A stretch of 64,000 bases of DNA from Escherichia phage p000v. The notes below the pieces were generated by a model. The model ran no database searches. It was not told the DNA's origin and was given only the letters and a program-made list of their open reading frames with translations. The stretch lies in sequence record NC_055781.1. The stretch is one strand, 5' to 3'. This document shows, one piece after another, positions 19,096-27,723 of this stretch; positions within the stretch are counted from its first letter, which is position 1; the number at the start of each line of letters is the position of its first letter. A program made the position numbers and the translations under genes.

Positions 19096-19481
19096 TGCAC
19101 CGTGTAGAAAACATGCTTAATCTTTGTTTTGATGTCGATGATTGTATAACAGAGTGGAATAACAATCGTGATTACGTGAACTTCAAACCAGACGTCGAAA
19201 TGGTGTCTGCCATTAATGCCCTGTATGATGCAGGGCATACCATAACGCTTTACACTGCCCGTGGTATGAAGTCGGTAGGTCCTGGTCGTATAGCAATTGA
19301 CATTCTCCCAAGTCTGATTCAGAACTTGGAAAACATTGGTTTGAAGTACCATAATTTGCTAACACATAAACCAGTATATGATTGGATTATCGACGACAAA
19401 GCTATGCGTCCTGACGAATTCAAAGCTCTTATGAATAAAGGCGAATTCGAAACATTTAAATCATATAAACCAAATCTATAA
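19095..19481 (+). CDS. small HAD-like phosphatase (putative)
   Basis: about 129 aa from ATG overlapping upstream stop (TAATG); FDVDDCIT resembles HAD motif I, WIIDDK resembles motif IV; capless. Confidence 0.45.
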   Translation: MHRVENMLNLCFDVDDCITEWNNNRDYVNFKPDVEMVSAINALYDAGHTITLYTARGMKSVGPGRIAIDILPSLIQNLENIGLKYHNLLTHKPVYDWIIDDKAMRPDEFKALMNKGEFETFKSYKPNL

Positions 19482-19538
19482 TAATTTAAGTAAGACCTGC
19501 AAAAACCATCGCATCAATTAACGCGAGATGCAAAAAAA

Positions 19539-20699
19539 ATGAATACTTTTAAAATCGGAACGAATTTTGATTTAGCTCTTCTTGATAAAATCGTAGAGCT
19601 CAATAAAACCTATCCTAATAGCTTGATAAACGAAGTATATGGCTCTACAAGAGAAATGGCTTTTGTAGCAGCCAGACCTGATTTTAGGCTTCCTGACGTT
19701 GACAAAAAGATGTTAGAAGACTACGTTAAACGTTGTAACGAATTAGGTATTTGCTTTAACTATACACTCAACACGATAAATCCTGGTTCAAAAAGAGAAC
19801 TAGTTGAGTGGAAGAAGAAAGCTATTCAGGATTATGTTCAGTATCTTTGGTCAATAGGCGTATGGCGTATTACTATCGCTAACCCTGTTGTTATGGAAAT
19901 TGTTCGTGAAGTCAATAAAGATATTGAGATTGAAGTTTCAACAATTCTACATGTCGATGCGGTAACTCAAATCAAATACTTACATGACCAATATAACATC
20001 AAAAAGGTCTGTTGCGGAATTCATAAGAACCGTTCAGTTTCTTTCCTGAAGCGTGCAGCAGAGTTTTGCAATAAGAACAATATAATATTTGAAGTTCTTG
20101 TAAATGAGTTCTGTTCTAATGCTGGTAAAGGGTATACAACACATTGTAGTTATCGTGACTCTTGCTATATTTTCCATAGTACTGATGTTACCGCTGATGA
20201 TGCTAAATCCTTAAATGGATATCCTATGCAGCACTGTATTAAAGCTCGTGATACAGACCCATTTAACTGGTTGAGAACTCGTTTTGTTCGTCCTCAAGAT
20301 TTGAAACTTTATAATGATATTGGTATCACTCAATTCAAAGTTTCAGGACGTACAGGTAGCACAGACTACATTTTGAAAGTTCTTGAAGCATACGCTTCTG
20401 AAAAGTTTGAAGGTAATTTGTTAGAACTGTGGAAGCCTTTAGAGACTATTTTCACTCTTGAAAATGAGACTGAGTTTTCACATACAGTAAATATTGAAAC
20501 CTCTTTGTTAGATGGCTTTTTAGAAAAAAGGTGGTTCAGACATCCAGATTTTGATTGTGCTAATGAAATCTGTGGGTCAACGTGTACATATTGTGAAAGG
20601 TATTATAAACGTCAATTATCTAAAAACGGGTTAGCAGAAAACTCCATATCTATTATTGATATAACTAACTCTGATGACGCTTTGAGGTACCCGGAATGA
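19539..20699 (+). CDS. Cys-rich protein, possible U32-family TIM-barrel/Fe-S enzyme
   Basis: 386 aa; motif order FKIGTNFD, NEVYGS, YTLNT, EVLVNEFCSNAGKGYTTHCSYRDSC resembles peptidase-U32 signatures by eye; C-terminal CANEICGSTCTYC Cys4 cluster. Confidence 0.35.
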   Translation: MNTFKIGTNFDLALLDKIVELNKTYPNSLINEVYGSTREMAFVAARPDFRLPDVDKKMLEDYVKRCNELGICFNYTLNTINPGSKRELVEWKKKAIQDYVQYLWSIGVWRITIANPVVMEIVREVNKDIEIEVSTILHVDAVTQIKYLHDQYNIKKVCCGIHKNRSVSFLKRAAEFCNKNNIIFEVLVNEFCSNAGKGYTTHCSYRDSCYIFHSTDVTADDAKSLNGYPMQHCIKARDTDPFNWLRTRFVRPQDLKLYNDIGITQFKVSGRTGSTDYILKVLEAYASEKFEGNLLELWKPLETIFTLENETEFSHTVNIETSLLDGFLEKRWFRHPDFDCANEICGSTCTYCERYYKRQLSKNGLAENSISIIDITNSDDALRYPE

Positions 20700-20935
20700 T
20701 TTCTAGAAAAAGTTTTAATTATAAACTTAACGAAGAGATTTTGACTATGAAACTGAACACTAACGAACAAATTCTTAAAAAGGCCCTTATGGGCCTGTTT
20801 GAAACCAAAGCGGCTAAAGTGATTAAAGAACCTGTTCAATTGGAATACTACGCTGATGCATTTCTTCATAGTGTTCTTGGAAGTATCGATGCTGAAGCTT
20901 TACGTTATATCAACATTGTCAAGAAATTCAAATAA
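20696..20935 (+). CDS. hypothetical protein
   Basis: 79 aa; ATGA overlap with upstream gene; not hydrophobic, so not Imm-like. Confidence 0.4.
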   Translation: MISRKSFNYKLNEEILTMKLNTNEQILKKALMGLFETKAAKVIKEPVQLEYYADAFLHSVLGSIDAEALRYINIVKKFK

Positions 20936-20958
20936 GCTTTACGAATTGAGTATATAAT
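20935..20958 (+). promoter_or_regulatory. middle-promoter-like element upstream of gene 42
   Basis: AGCTTTA box, 11-nt spacer, TATAAT; 20 nt before the ATG at 20978. Confidence 0.4.
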
Positions 20959-20977
20959 AAATTGTATTGAGGTAAAC

Positions 20978-21694
20978 ATGGGAAAACATAACACAATGAA
21001 ATATATCAAAGCCGCAGATTTTCAAACCGCATTTAAAGCAGTCAATCGTGAAATTTTAGAAAACCCGGAATTCGTAACTGATTCTCGTATTGGACGTTGT
21101 AATGAAATTGGGTCTATGACAGTAGTTGTTGACACTCCATCATCATTCAAAATGACCGACCCACGTATTAACCGCATCTCTTATGAATATGCCGAAGACT
21201 TCTGGAAGTTTATGATTTCTGGTGGTACCAACGCAGAAGAAGCGTTTAAGGCATATCCTAATGTCGCTAAATTTATTTCTAAACCAAAATCAGATGTTTT
21301 GCCGGCGAACTTCAACACTTTCTATGGTCCTCGCATTGCGGCCCAATTACCAACTCTTCTAAAAGAACTTAAAGAGAAGCCTAACTCCCGAAGAGTTGTG
21401 TTCCAAATTCTAGAAAGTTCTGATCAGGCTTTGCTTGATTCGGACGAAACACTTGAATATCCATGTACTGACTCAGTAACTTATTATATTCGTGATGGTA
21501 AGCTTTATACCCACTGTCATATGCGTTCTCAGAACTGTGCTGTTGTTATGCAGTTGGATTTTTATCTCCAAGGAAAATTACTTCATTATATCGCTAACGA
21601 ATGCGGTGTAGAAGTTGGTGATTATACTCATACCATGGTAAGTGCCCATGTGTTTGAACGTGATTTTGATTATGTTAAAGGATTCCTTGACTAA
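20978..21694 (+). CDS. 42: dCMP hydroxymethylase gp42 (thymidylate-synthase fold)
   Basis: 238 aa, close to T4 gp42 length; assigned by position after gene 43 and size; no catalytic motif checked by eye. Confidence 0.85.
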   Translation: MGKHNTMKYIKAADFQTAFKAVNREILENPEFVTDSRIGRCNEIGSMTVVVDTPSSFKMTDPRINRISYEYAEDFWKFMISGGTNAEEAFKAYPNVAKFISKPKSDVLPANFNTFYGPRIAAQLPTLLKELKEKPNSRRVVFQILESSDQALLDSDETLEYPCTDSVTYYIRDGKLYTHCHMRSQNCAVVMQLDFYLQGKLLHYIANECGVEVGDYTHTMVSAHVFERDFDYVKGFLD

Positions 21695-22593
21695 TGGCTA
21701 TTTTCCGCGTACCAATCTTGAGTATGCGGTCTTATGAAACTGGACAGTATGCTATCCTTAAGGATGGCAACTTCCAACTTCATTTGCACCGTGCTAATCC
21801 GGGTGATGTGATTACATATCCACGTAATGCATCTGATATTAAAGAATGCGAACGTCTTTTCCCAGAATTTAAGTTTGTTCCATTATGGTATAAAGATAAC
21901 GCGTATAACACTCGTAAATATTTCTGGACTGAAAATGAATTTGTGGTTGATTCATTAATTGATTATTATGATTGTGATTTTCTAATCACAGATATCACTG
22001 GTTATGGTGGCGCTTTTGATGTGGAATTCAATTTCAATATCACTGCAGACCCTAATAAACCACGTTTTTATATTGATGAATTCTTAAAAACCGACATGTT
22101 GTCTGTTAATCGTTCACTTCAAACTACTGTGTTGAATGAACGTCAAAAAGAAGTGCTGGTTAACGCAGGTGCAGATGGTAATAAGATTATCGTAACGCAG
22201 AAAGTTATACGTCCTTCCATCATGCAGCGTCTTGTAGGTGATTTGGCTCCTATTCATCTAGATGGTATTTTTCATCCATTTCGAATTAGTGACCCATGTT
22301 ATCGTTTTGAACAAGTGGTTGAATGTGCAATTCAATTAGGTCAACCGCTTTATATAACCGATCCAAATAATAGCTTCGACAGAAATAAGTATCCTGAAGA
22401 AGCGCTGATTCGAATTTTTAAACCAACTAAAACTGAGTACTATCAAATTCTTAAAGGACGTCCGAAAATTCAATATTTCGAAAATCCTGAAGAAGTATTC
22501 CATCCAGGTCTTGGTGAGTTCATCTACTTTAATGCTTTAATTTCTTCGCCGTATAATATACCTAAATACGAAGATGTCGTAATCGAGGAATAA
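21694..22593 (+). CDS. hypothetical protein occupying the T4 beta-glucosyltransferase slot
   Basis: 299 aa; TAATG overlap with gene 42 stop; no resemblance to T4 beta-gt seen by eye. Confidence 0.45.
   Translation: MAIFRVPILSMRSYETGQYAILKDGNFQLHLHRANPGDVITYPRNASDIKECERLFPEFKFVPLWYKDNAYNTRKYFWTENEFVVDSLIDYYDCDFLITDITGYGGAFDVEFNFNITADPNKPRFYIDEFLKTDMLSVNRSLQTTVLNERQKEVLVNAGADGNKIIVTQKVIRPSIMQRLVGDLAPIHLDGIFHPFRISDPCYRFEQVVECAIQLGQPLYITDPNNSFDRNKYPEEALIRIFKPTKTEYYQILKGRPKIQYFENPEEVFHPGLGEFIYFNALISSPYNIPKYEDVVIEE
22533..22557 (+). promoter_or_regulatory. MotA-dependent middle promoter inside the 3' end of the 299-aa gene
   Basis: TGCTTTA box, 12-nt spacer, perfect TATAAT; 38 nt before the ATG at 22595. 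Confidence 0.5.
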
Positions 22594-22594
22594 A

Positions 22595-23143
22595 ATGGCT
22601 AAAATTATTTTAGTAGATGGCCCGGATAATGCCGGTAAAACAACTTTCATTAATGACATAATGGAAATTAGTGAAAGATATGTAAAGATTGATTTCCCTA
22701 AACGAACAGTTGATGGACGTTTCGATGTTAAGTCTCGAAATGAAGTTGGCTGTTTCGAAACGATGTTGAATTATTTAGACCCTACTAAGATTTATCTGTT
22801 AGACCGTGGATATATTAGTAACTGGGTTTATGGACGTATTCGACAAGATGCGGACTCGATTCTTGACGTTTATGAACAGGACTATGTTCGTCTTTGCCAA
22901 AACCATGATGTGTTCACAATTATTTTAACACGTAACGAAATGACTGAAAGTTTTGAAGACGACCTTATTACTTTGTCTTCATTCGGTTTTAATACAGTCA
23001 TTTCACATTTTGAAGAGTTTGCAATTCATAACAAAATCCAAACATATCAATTACTTAATCATGATGGTGCTAACAAAGTTATAGGATTTAATGCAAGCGA
23101 ACGTAATGGTTTGATTACAGAAATCATCAAATGGGCTCGTTAA
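22595..23143 (+). CDS. P-loop nucleotide/nucleoside kinase-like protein (thymidylate-kinase-like fold)
   Basis: 182 aa; Walker A VDGPDNAGKTT and DR motif LLDRGYISNWVYG. Confidence 0.55.
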   Translation: MAKIILVDGPDNAGKTTFINDIMEISERYVKIDFPKRTVDGRFDVKSRNEVGCFETMLNYLDPTKIYLLDRGYISNWVYGRIRQDADSILDVYEQDYVRLCQNHDVFTIILTRNEMTESFEDDLITLSSFGFNTVISHFEEFAIHNKIQTYQLLNHDGANKVIGFNASERNGLITEIIKWAR

Positions 23144-23164
23144 GAGCCTGTTTAAAGTTTTAAA

Positions 23165-23189
23165 TGCTGTATAACCCTTAGTATATAAT
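23165..23189 (+). promoter_or_regulatory. middle-promoter-like element upstream of uvsX
   Basis: TGCTGTA box (one mismatch), 12-nt spacer, TATAAT. Confidence 0.4.
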
Positions 23190-23242
23190 CGTTTTATCTT
23201 TTAAACATGAGTAAAATATAATGATGCCTATGGAAAAATACA

Positions 23243-24415
23243 ATGTCTGATTTAAAATCTCGTCTGATTAAAGCTTCTACTTCTAAAATGACTGCAGACT
23301 TGACTAAGTCTAAGCTGTTTAATAATCGTGATGAAGTCCCTACTCGTATTCCGATGTTGAATATTGCACTAGGTGGTGCTCTGAATGCAGGATTGCAATC
23401 AGGCTTGACTATTTTTGCTGCACCTTCTAAACACTTTAAAACGCTGTTTGGACTAACTATGGTTGCAGCGTATATGAAGAAATATAAAGATGCAATCTGT
23501 TTGTTCTATGACTCAGAATTTGGTGCTTCAGAATCTTATTTTCGTTCAATGGGTGTTGATTTAGACCGTGTAGTTCATACACCAATTCAGTCCGTCGAAC
23601 AACTTAAAGTTGATATGACTAATCAGCTTGACGCGATTGAACGCGGTGATAAAGTTATTATCTTTATCGATTCAATCGGTAATACTGCATCTAAGAAAGA
23701 AACCGAAGATGCATTGAATGAGAAAGTCGTAGGTGATATGTCTCGTGCTAAGGCACTTAAATCTCTGTTCCGTATTGTGACCCCGTATCTGACTATTAAA
23801 GATATTCCGTGTGTTGCAATCAACCATACAGCAATGGAAATCGGCGGACTATATCCTAAAGAGATTATGGGTGGTGGTACAGGTATTCTTTATTCTGCCA
23901 ACACGGTATTTTTTATCTCTAAACGTCAGGTTAAAGAAGGTACAGAATTGACCGGTTATGACTTCACGTTGAAAGCAGAAAAATCTCGTACAGTTAAAGA
24001 GAAATCTACTTTCCCGATCACGGTTAATTTCGATGGTGGTATCGACCCATTCAGTGGCTTGCTAGAAATGGCAACTGAAATCGGTTTTGTGGTTAAGCCT
24101 AAAGCTGGTTGGTATGCTCGTGAATTCCTTGACGAAGAAACAGGTGAAATGATTCGTGAAGAAAAATCATGGCGTGCTAAAGCTACTGATTGTGTAGAAT
24201 TCTGGGGACCTTTGTTTAAACACAAACCTTTCCGTGATGCGATTGAAATGAAATATAAGCTAGGCGCTATCTCGTCTATTAAAGAAGTTGATGACGCTGT
24301 TAACGACCTTATTAATTGCAAAGCAACAACTAAAGTTCCGGTTAAAGCTTCTGATGCTCCGTCTGCAGCAGATATAGAAAACGACCTTGACGAAATGGAA
24401 GATTTCGATGAATAA
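23243..24415 (+). CDS. uvsX: RecA-like recombinase UvsX
   Basis: 390 aa; N-terminus MSDLKSRLIKASTSK matches T4 UvsX as recalled; RecA-fold ATPase. Confidence 0.95.
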   Translation: MSDLKSRLIKASTSKMTADLTKSKLFNNRDEVPTRIPMLNIALGGALNAGLQSGLTIFAAPSKHFKTLFGLTMVAAYMKKYKDAICLFYDSEFGASESYFRSMGVDLDRVVHTPIQSVEQLKVDMTNQLDAIERGDKVIIFIDSIGNTASKKETEDALNEKVVGDMSRAKALKSLFRIVTPYLTIKDIPCVAINHTAMEIGGLYPKEIMGGGTGILYSANTVFFISKRQVKEGTELTGYDFTLKAEKSRTVKEKSTFPITVNFDGGIDPFSGLLEMATEIGFVVKPKAGWYAREFLDEETGEMIREEKSWRAKATDCVEFWGPLFKHKPFRDAIEMKYKLGAISSIKEVDDAVNDLINCKATTKVPVKASDAPSAADIENDLDEMEDFDE

Positions 24416-24749
24416 TCTCGATGATTTAAATCTAGAAATCGTTGATGAATCCCCTTCTTCGGAAGGGGAAGACATTCGCAAAGAACGAGTGTTTAATGAA
24501 TCTCTTAAAATTATCCGTTCAGCAATGGAAAATGTCATTCAAGAGATTCTGATTACACTTGAAGATGGTTCTCATCATATAGTCTATATTACAAAACTAG
24601 ACTGGGTTGATGGTAAAATCGTAATGGACTTTGCAGTTCTTGACCAGGACAGAAAAGCAGAACTTGCACCACATGTTGAAAAATGTGTTACAATGCAAGT
24701 ACAACAAGCTTTTAATGAACGAACCAAGAAAAAATTTAAATTCTTTTAA
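24408..24749 (+). CDS. 40: gp40-like protein (assigned by position)
   Basis: about 113 aa from ATG overlapping the uvsX 3' end; between uvsX and 41 as in T4. Confidence 0.5.
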   Translation: MNNLDDLNLEIVDESPSSEGEDIRKERVFNESLKIIRSAMENVIQEILITLEDGSHHIVYITKLDWVDGKIVMDFAVLDQDRKAELAPHVEKCVTMQVQQAFNERTKKKFKFF

Positions 24750-24758
24750 GGAGTTATC

Positions 24759-26201
24759 GTGGTAGAAATTATTTTGTCTCATCTAGTATACGACCAGGCT
24801 TATTTTTCTAAGGTCTGGCCTTATATGGATTCTGATTACTTTGAGCGTGGACCGGCAAAAAACGTCTTTAAAATTATAAAGAGCCACGTTAACGAATATA
24901 ATGCAATGCCATCTATCAATGCATTAAAGGTGGCTTTAGATAACAGTTCTTTAACTGAAGCTGAATATAAAGGAACTTCAGACCTAATTGAAAAATTGGC
25001 TGATACTCCTGAAGACCATGAATGGCTGGTTAAAGAAACTGAGAAATATGTCCAGCAAAAAGCGATGTATAATGCTACATCCAAAATCATTGAGATTCAG
25101 TCTAATGCTGAACTACCTCCAGAACAACGTAACAAGAAAATGCCTGACGTAGGAGCTATTCCTGATATTATGCGTCAAGCGCTTTCAATTTCGTTCGATA
25201 GTTATGTTGGACATGACTGGATGGAAGACTACGAAGCACGCTGGCTTTCTTATCTAAATAAAGCACGTAAGGTCCCGTTCAAATTAAACATTTTGAATAA
25301 AATCACCAAAGGTGGTGCCGAAACCGGTACACTAAACGTTTTAATGGCGGGTGTTAACGTTGGTAAATCTTTAGGCCTTTGTTCACTTGCTGCAGATTAT
25401 CTTCAAACAGGTCATAATGTTCTTTATATTTCCATGGAAATGGCTGAAGAAGTTTGTGCTAAGCGTATAGATGCAAACATGCTTGACGTATCACTTGATG
25501 ATATCGATGATGGTAACGTATCTTATGCTGAATATAAAGCCAAGATGGAAAAATGGCGTTCAAAAACAACATTAGGACGTTTAGTAGTTAAACAGTATCC
25601 TACCGGTGGAGCTAATGCTAATACATTCCGTGCATTGCTTAATGAGTTAAAACTCAAGAAGAACTTTGTGCCGTCTGTAATCATGGTTGATTACTTAGGT
25701 ATTTGTGGGTCTTGTCGTATCAGAGTTTACACTGAAAATAGCTACACATTAGTTAAAGCTATCGCAGAAGAACTTCGTGCATTAGCAGTAGAATCTGAAA
25801 CAGTTCTATGGACTGCTGCTCAGGTAGGACGTGCAGCATGGGATGCTTCAGACATGAACATGAGTGATATCGCAGAATCAGCAGGTTTACCAGCAACGGC
25901 AGATTTCATGTTGGCTGTAATTGAAACCGAAGAACTTGCACAAGCTGAACAACAACTTATCAAACAAATCAAATCACGATATGGTGATAAGAATAAGTGG
26001 AATAAATTCCTGATGGGTGTACGTAAAGGCAATCAGAAATGGGTTGAGATTGAGCAAGAAGGCATGAACACACCTAACACAGTAAATGAAAACGCAGGTG
26101 CTCAGATGCGTCAAGCAGAGGTGAATCGTACGGAACGCGTAGGTAAAGCCAAAGCAACACGTGCTGACCTAGATAGCTTAGCCAACGAGTTAAAATTTTA
26201 A
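24759..26201 (+). CDS. 41: replicative DNA helicase gp41 (DnaB-like)
   Basis: 480 aa; Walker A GVNVGKS; GTG start preceded by AAGGAG RBS. Confidence 0.95.
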   Translation: MVEIILSHLVYDQAYFSKVWPYMDSDYFERGPAKNVFKIIKSHVNEYNAMPSINALKVALDNSSLTEAEYKGTSDLIEKLADTPEDHEWLVKETEKYVQQKAMYNATSKIIEIQSNAELPPEQRNKKMPDVGAIPDIMRQALSISFDSYVGHDWMEDYEARWLSYLNKARKVPFKLNILNKITKGGAETGTLNVLMAGVNVGKSLGLCSLAADYLQTGHNVLYISMEMAEEVCAKRIDANMLDVSLDDIDDGNVSYAEYKAKMEKWRSKTTLGRLVVKQYPTGGANANTFRALLNELKLKKNFVPSVIMVDYLGICGSCRIRVYTENSYTLVKAIAEELRALAVESETVLWTAAQVGRAAWDASDMNMSDIAESAGLPATADFMLAVIETEELAQAEQQLIKQIKSRYGDKNKWNKFLMGVRKGNQKWVEIEQEGMNTPNTVNENAGAQMRQAEVNRTERVGKAKATRADLDSLANELKF

Positions 26202-26207
26202 TAAAAA

Positions 26208-26226
26208 GGAGACTTCGGTCTCCTTT
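26208..26226 (+). terminator. intrinsic terminator (GGAGAC-ttcg-GTCTCC then TTT)
   Basis: UUCG tetraloop hairpin right after the gene 41 stop. Confidence 0.55.
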
Positions 26227-26230
26227 CGGG

Positions 26231-26260
26231 GTTTACATCTTCCTCTAGGCATGATATGAT
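26231..26260 (+). promoter_or_regulatory. T4-type early promoter (GTTTAC -18- TATGAT)
   Basis: consensus-like -35 and -10 upstream of ORF 26290. Confidence 0.45.
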
Positions 26261-26289
26261 GTACTTACACTAACCAAGAGGAAAACATT

Positions 26290-26664
26290 ATGAATATGTC
26301 TCAAGCAATTTTTACTGCAATCACCGAAAACACAACTGTTGAAGTAGTTTCTCCGCTGGCAACCTACGTTATTCTTGCTCCTAAATCTATTGTATCTCGT
26401 ATGGAAAACATGGGCAAACGTATCGTACAAATCGTTGGAGCCGGAAATCAAAAACTTGATTATCTGCGAACCATCAAAGCTTATGAACATTTCCAACTCG
26501 AAAAAGGTTCTCCCATCCAGGTAGAACTCGTAAATGGTGATATCGTTCGAGCAATGTTCCATCATTTCTATGCATTGAATGACCCATCTAAAGCGGTTCG
26601 TTTAATTGCATACGACGCAAACCAAAACGAAATCAACGCAGATATATCTAAATTACGTTTTTAA
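26290..26664 (+). CDS. hypothetical protein
   Basis: 124-aa ORF. Confidence 0.4.
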   Translation: MNMSQAIFTAITENTTVEVVSPLATYVILAPKSIVSRMENMGKRIVQIVGAGNQKLDYLRTIKAYEHFQLEKGSPIQVELVNGDIVRAMFHHFYALNDPSKAVRLIAYDANQNEINADISKLRF

Positions 26665-26715
26665 GTTTACTTCTCCAGTAGTTATGTTATTATAGATCTA
26701 TCAACTACTGGAGAA
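26665..26715 (+). promoter_or_regulatory. early promoter (GTTTAC -17- TATTAT) embedded in a 13-bp perfect inverted repeat
   Basis: TTCTCCAGTAGTT (26671-26683) / AACTACTGGAGAA (26703-26715); -10 in the loop; the right arm contains the GGAGAA RBS of the next gene. Confidence 0.5.
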
Positions 26716-26719
26716 CAAA

Positions 26720-27037
26720 ATGAAAACCATCGATTGTAAAGCAGAATTTAAGATTTTTTATCACGGTTCAAGTAGTTCAGCTAACATCGAAAACATGCTT
26801 TGTCCTCCTGAAGAAACAGGAGTTCTGTCTGAAACCGGACGTAAGAAAAACTTGAATCGTGTATTCTTTACTGAAGATATCGGTTTAGCAAAGATTTACG
26901 CAGGACGAGCAGCACGCTCTTATGGAGGTGAACCACGTCTCTATCGAGTAATTTCTCCGGTAGATGTAGTTCAAATGAATGATACTAAAGGTGCTACAGT
27001 TTATCATGCTGAATGGGCATTTTGCGAGGAAATATGA
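26720..27037 (+). CDS. hypothetical protein
   Basis: 105-aa ORF with RBS; no recognisable family. Confidence 0.4.
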   Translation: MKTIDCKAEFKIFYHGSSSSANIENMLCPPEETGVLSETGRKKNLNRVFFTEDIGLAKIYAGRAARSYGGEPRLYRVISPVDVVQMNDTKGATVYHAEWAFCEEI

Positions 27038-27222
27038 GCAAATTAACTAAAATTACTTTTATTGGCTGGTTTAAAAGCGGTGAGATGTTCACTAAAGATA
27101 TCATGTTATCAGGTGATCGTGAAGAAATCGAGTGGGTTGCGGTGCAACTCGCCGAAGTGAACAATGCATTAGTTAAAGCATTTATTAATGACGAGAAAGT
27201 TTTTGAAGCTGATTTTCGATAA
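27034..27222 (+). CDS. dmd: Dmd-like small protein (possible antitoxin, discriminator of mRNA degradation)
   Basis: about 62 aa from ATG at 27034 (ATGA overlap); size and position between 41 and 61 match T4 dmd; assignment from recalled family features. Confidence 0.4.
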   Translation: MSKLTKITFIGWFKSGEMFTKDIMLSGDREEIEWVAVQLAEVNNALVKAFINDEKVFEADFR

Positions 27223-27235
27223 TTTTAAAATAACT

Positions 27236-27265
27236 GTTTACAAGCACCACATACTGTGTTACTAT
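27236..27265 (+). promoter_or_regulatory. T4-type early promoter (GTTTAC -18- TACTAT)
   Basis: upstream of lipoprotein ORF 27294. Confidence 0.45.
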
Positions 27266-27293
27266 CTTTTTATCAACTACAGAGGAAATTGAA

Positions 27294-27662
27294 ATGAAAA
27301 AATTAATCGCTTTAGCAATGGTATTTGGATTAACAGGATGTGGTGCTCATGGCTTTATCCCTAATAACGTTGGCCAATTGATTTATAACCCGAATGTTAA
27401 ACAGTACAACCAACCTAAAGTTGAAGTGGAAGACCCGGTTACTGTAGGTAATCGAATGATTCAAGCTGATGCCCATGCTCAACGTTATCGTGATTCTGAT
27501 ACTGTAGCATTGTCAAAAGAACAACGCGTTAAAGAACATTGCTTACAGGCTACTGAAATCGCATTCATTCGCTATGTTGAAACAACTGGCAAAGAGCCTT
27601 CCCAGAAACAAATCGCGAATAACTACGTCCAGTGTATTGAACGTTTAAACAAATTTAATTAA
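27294..27662 (+). CDS. putative lipoprotein
   Basis: 122 aa; signal peptide with lipobox MKKLIALAMVFGLTGC. Confidence 0.5.
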   Translation: MKKLIALAMVFGLTGCGAHGFIPNNVGQLIYNPNVKQYNQPKVEVEDPVTVGNRMIQADAHAQRYRDSDTVALSKEQRVKEHCLQATEIAFIRYVETTGKEPSQKQIANNYVQCIERLNKFN

Positions 27663-27665
27663 TTG

Positions 27666-27695
27666 GTTTACACCAAAGTTAAACCAAGATACTAT
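27666..27695 (+). promoter_or_regulatory. T4-type early promoter (GTTTAC -18- TACTAT)
   Basis: upstream of ORF 27724. Confidence 0.45.
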
Positions 27696-27723
27696 AAACA
27701 TAACAAATCAAGAGGAAATTAAC

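Noticed and set aside
26720-27037. ADP-ribosyltransferase or toxin-like assignment for ORF 26720..27037 (FYHGSSS motif)
   Set aside because: Only a short motif-level resemblance; no full R-S-E or H-Y-E pattern could be aligned.
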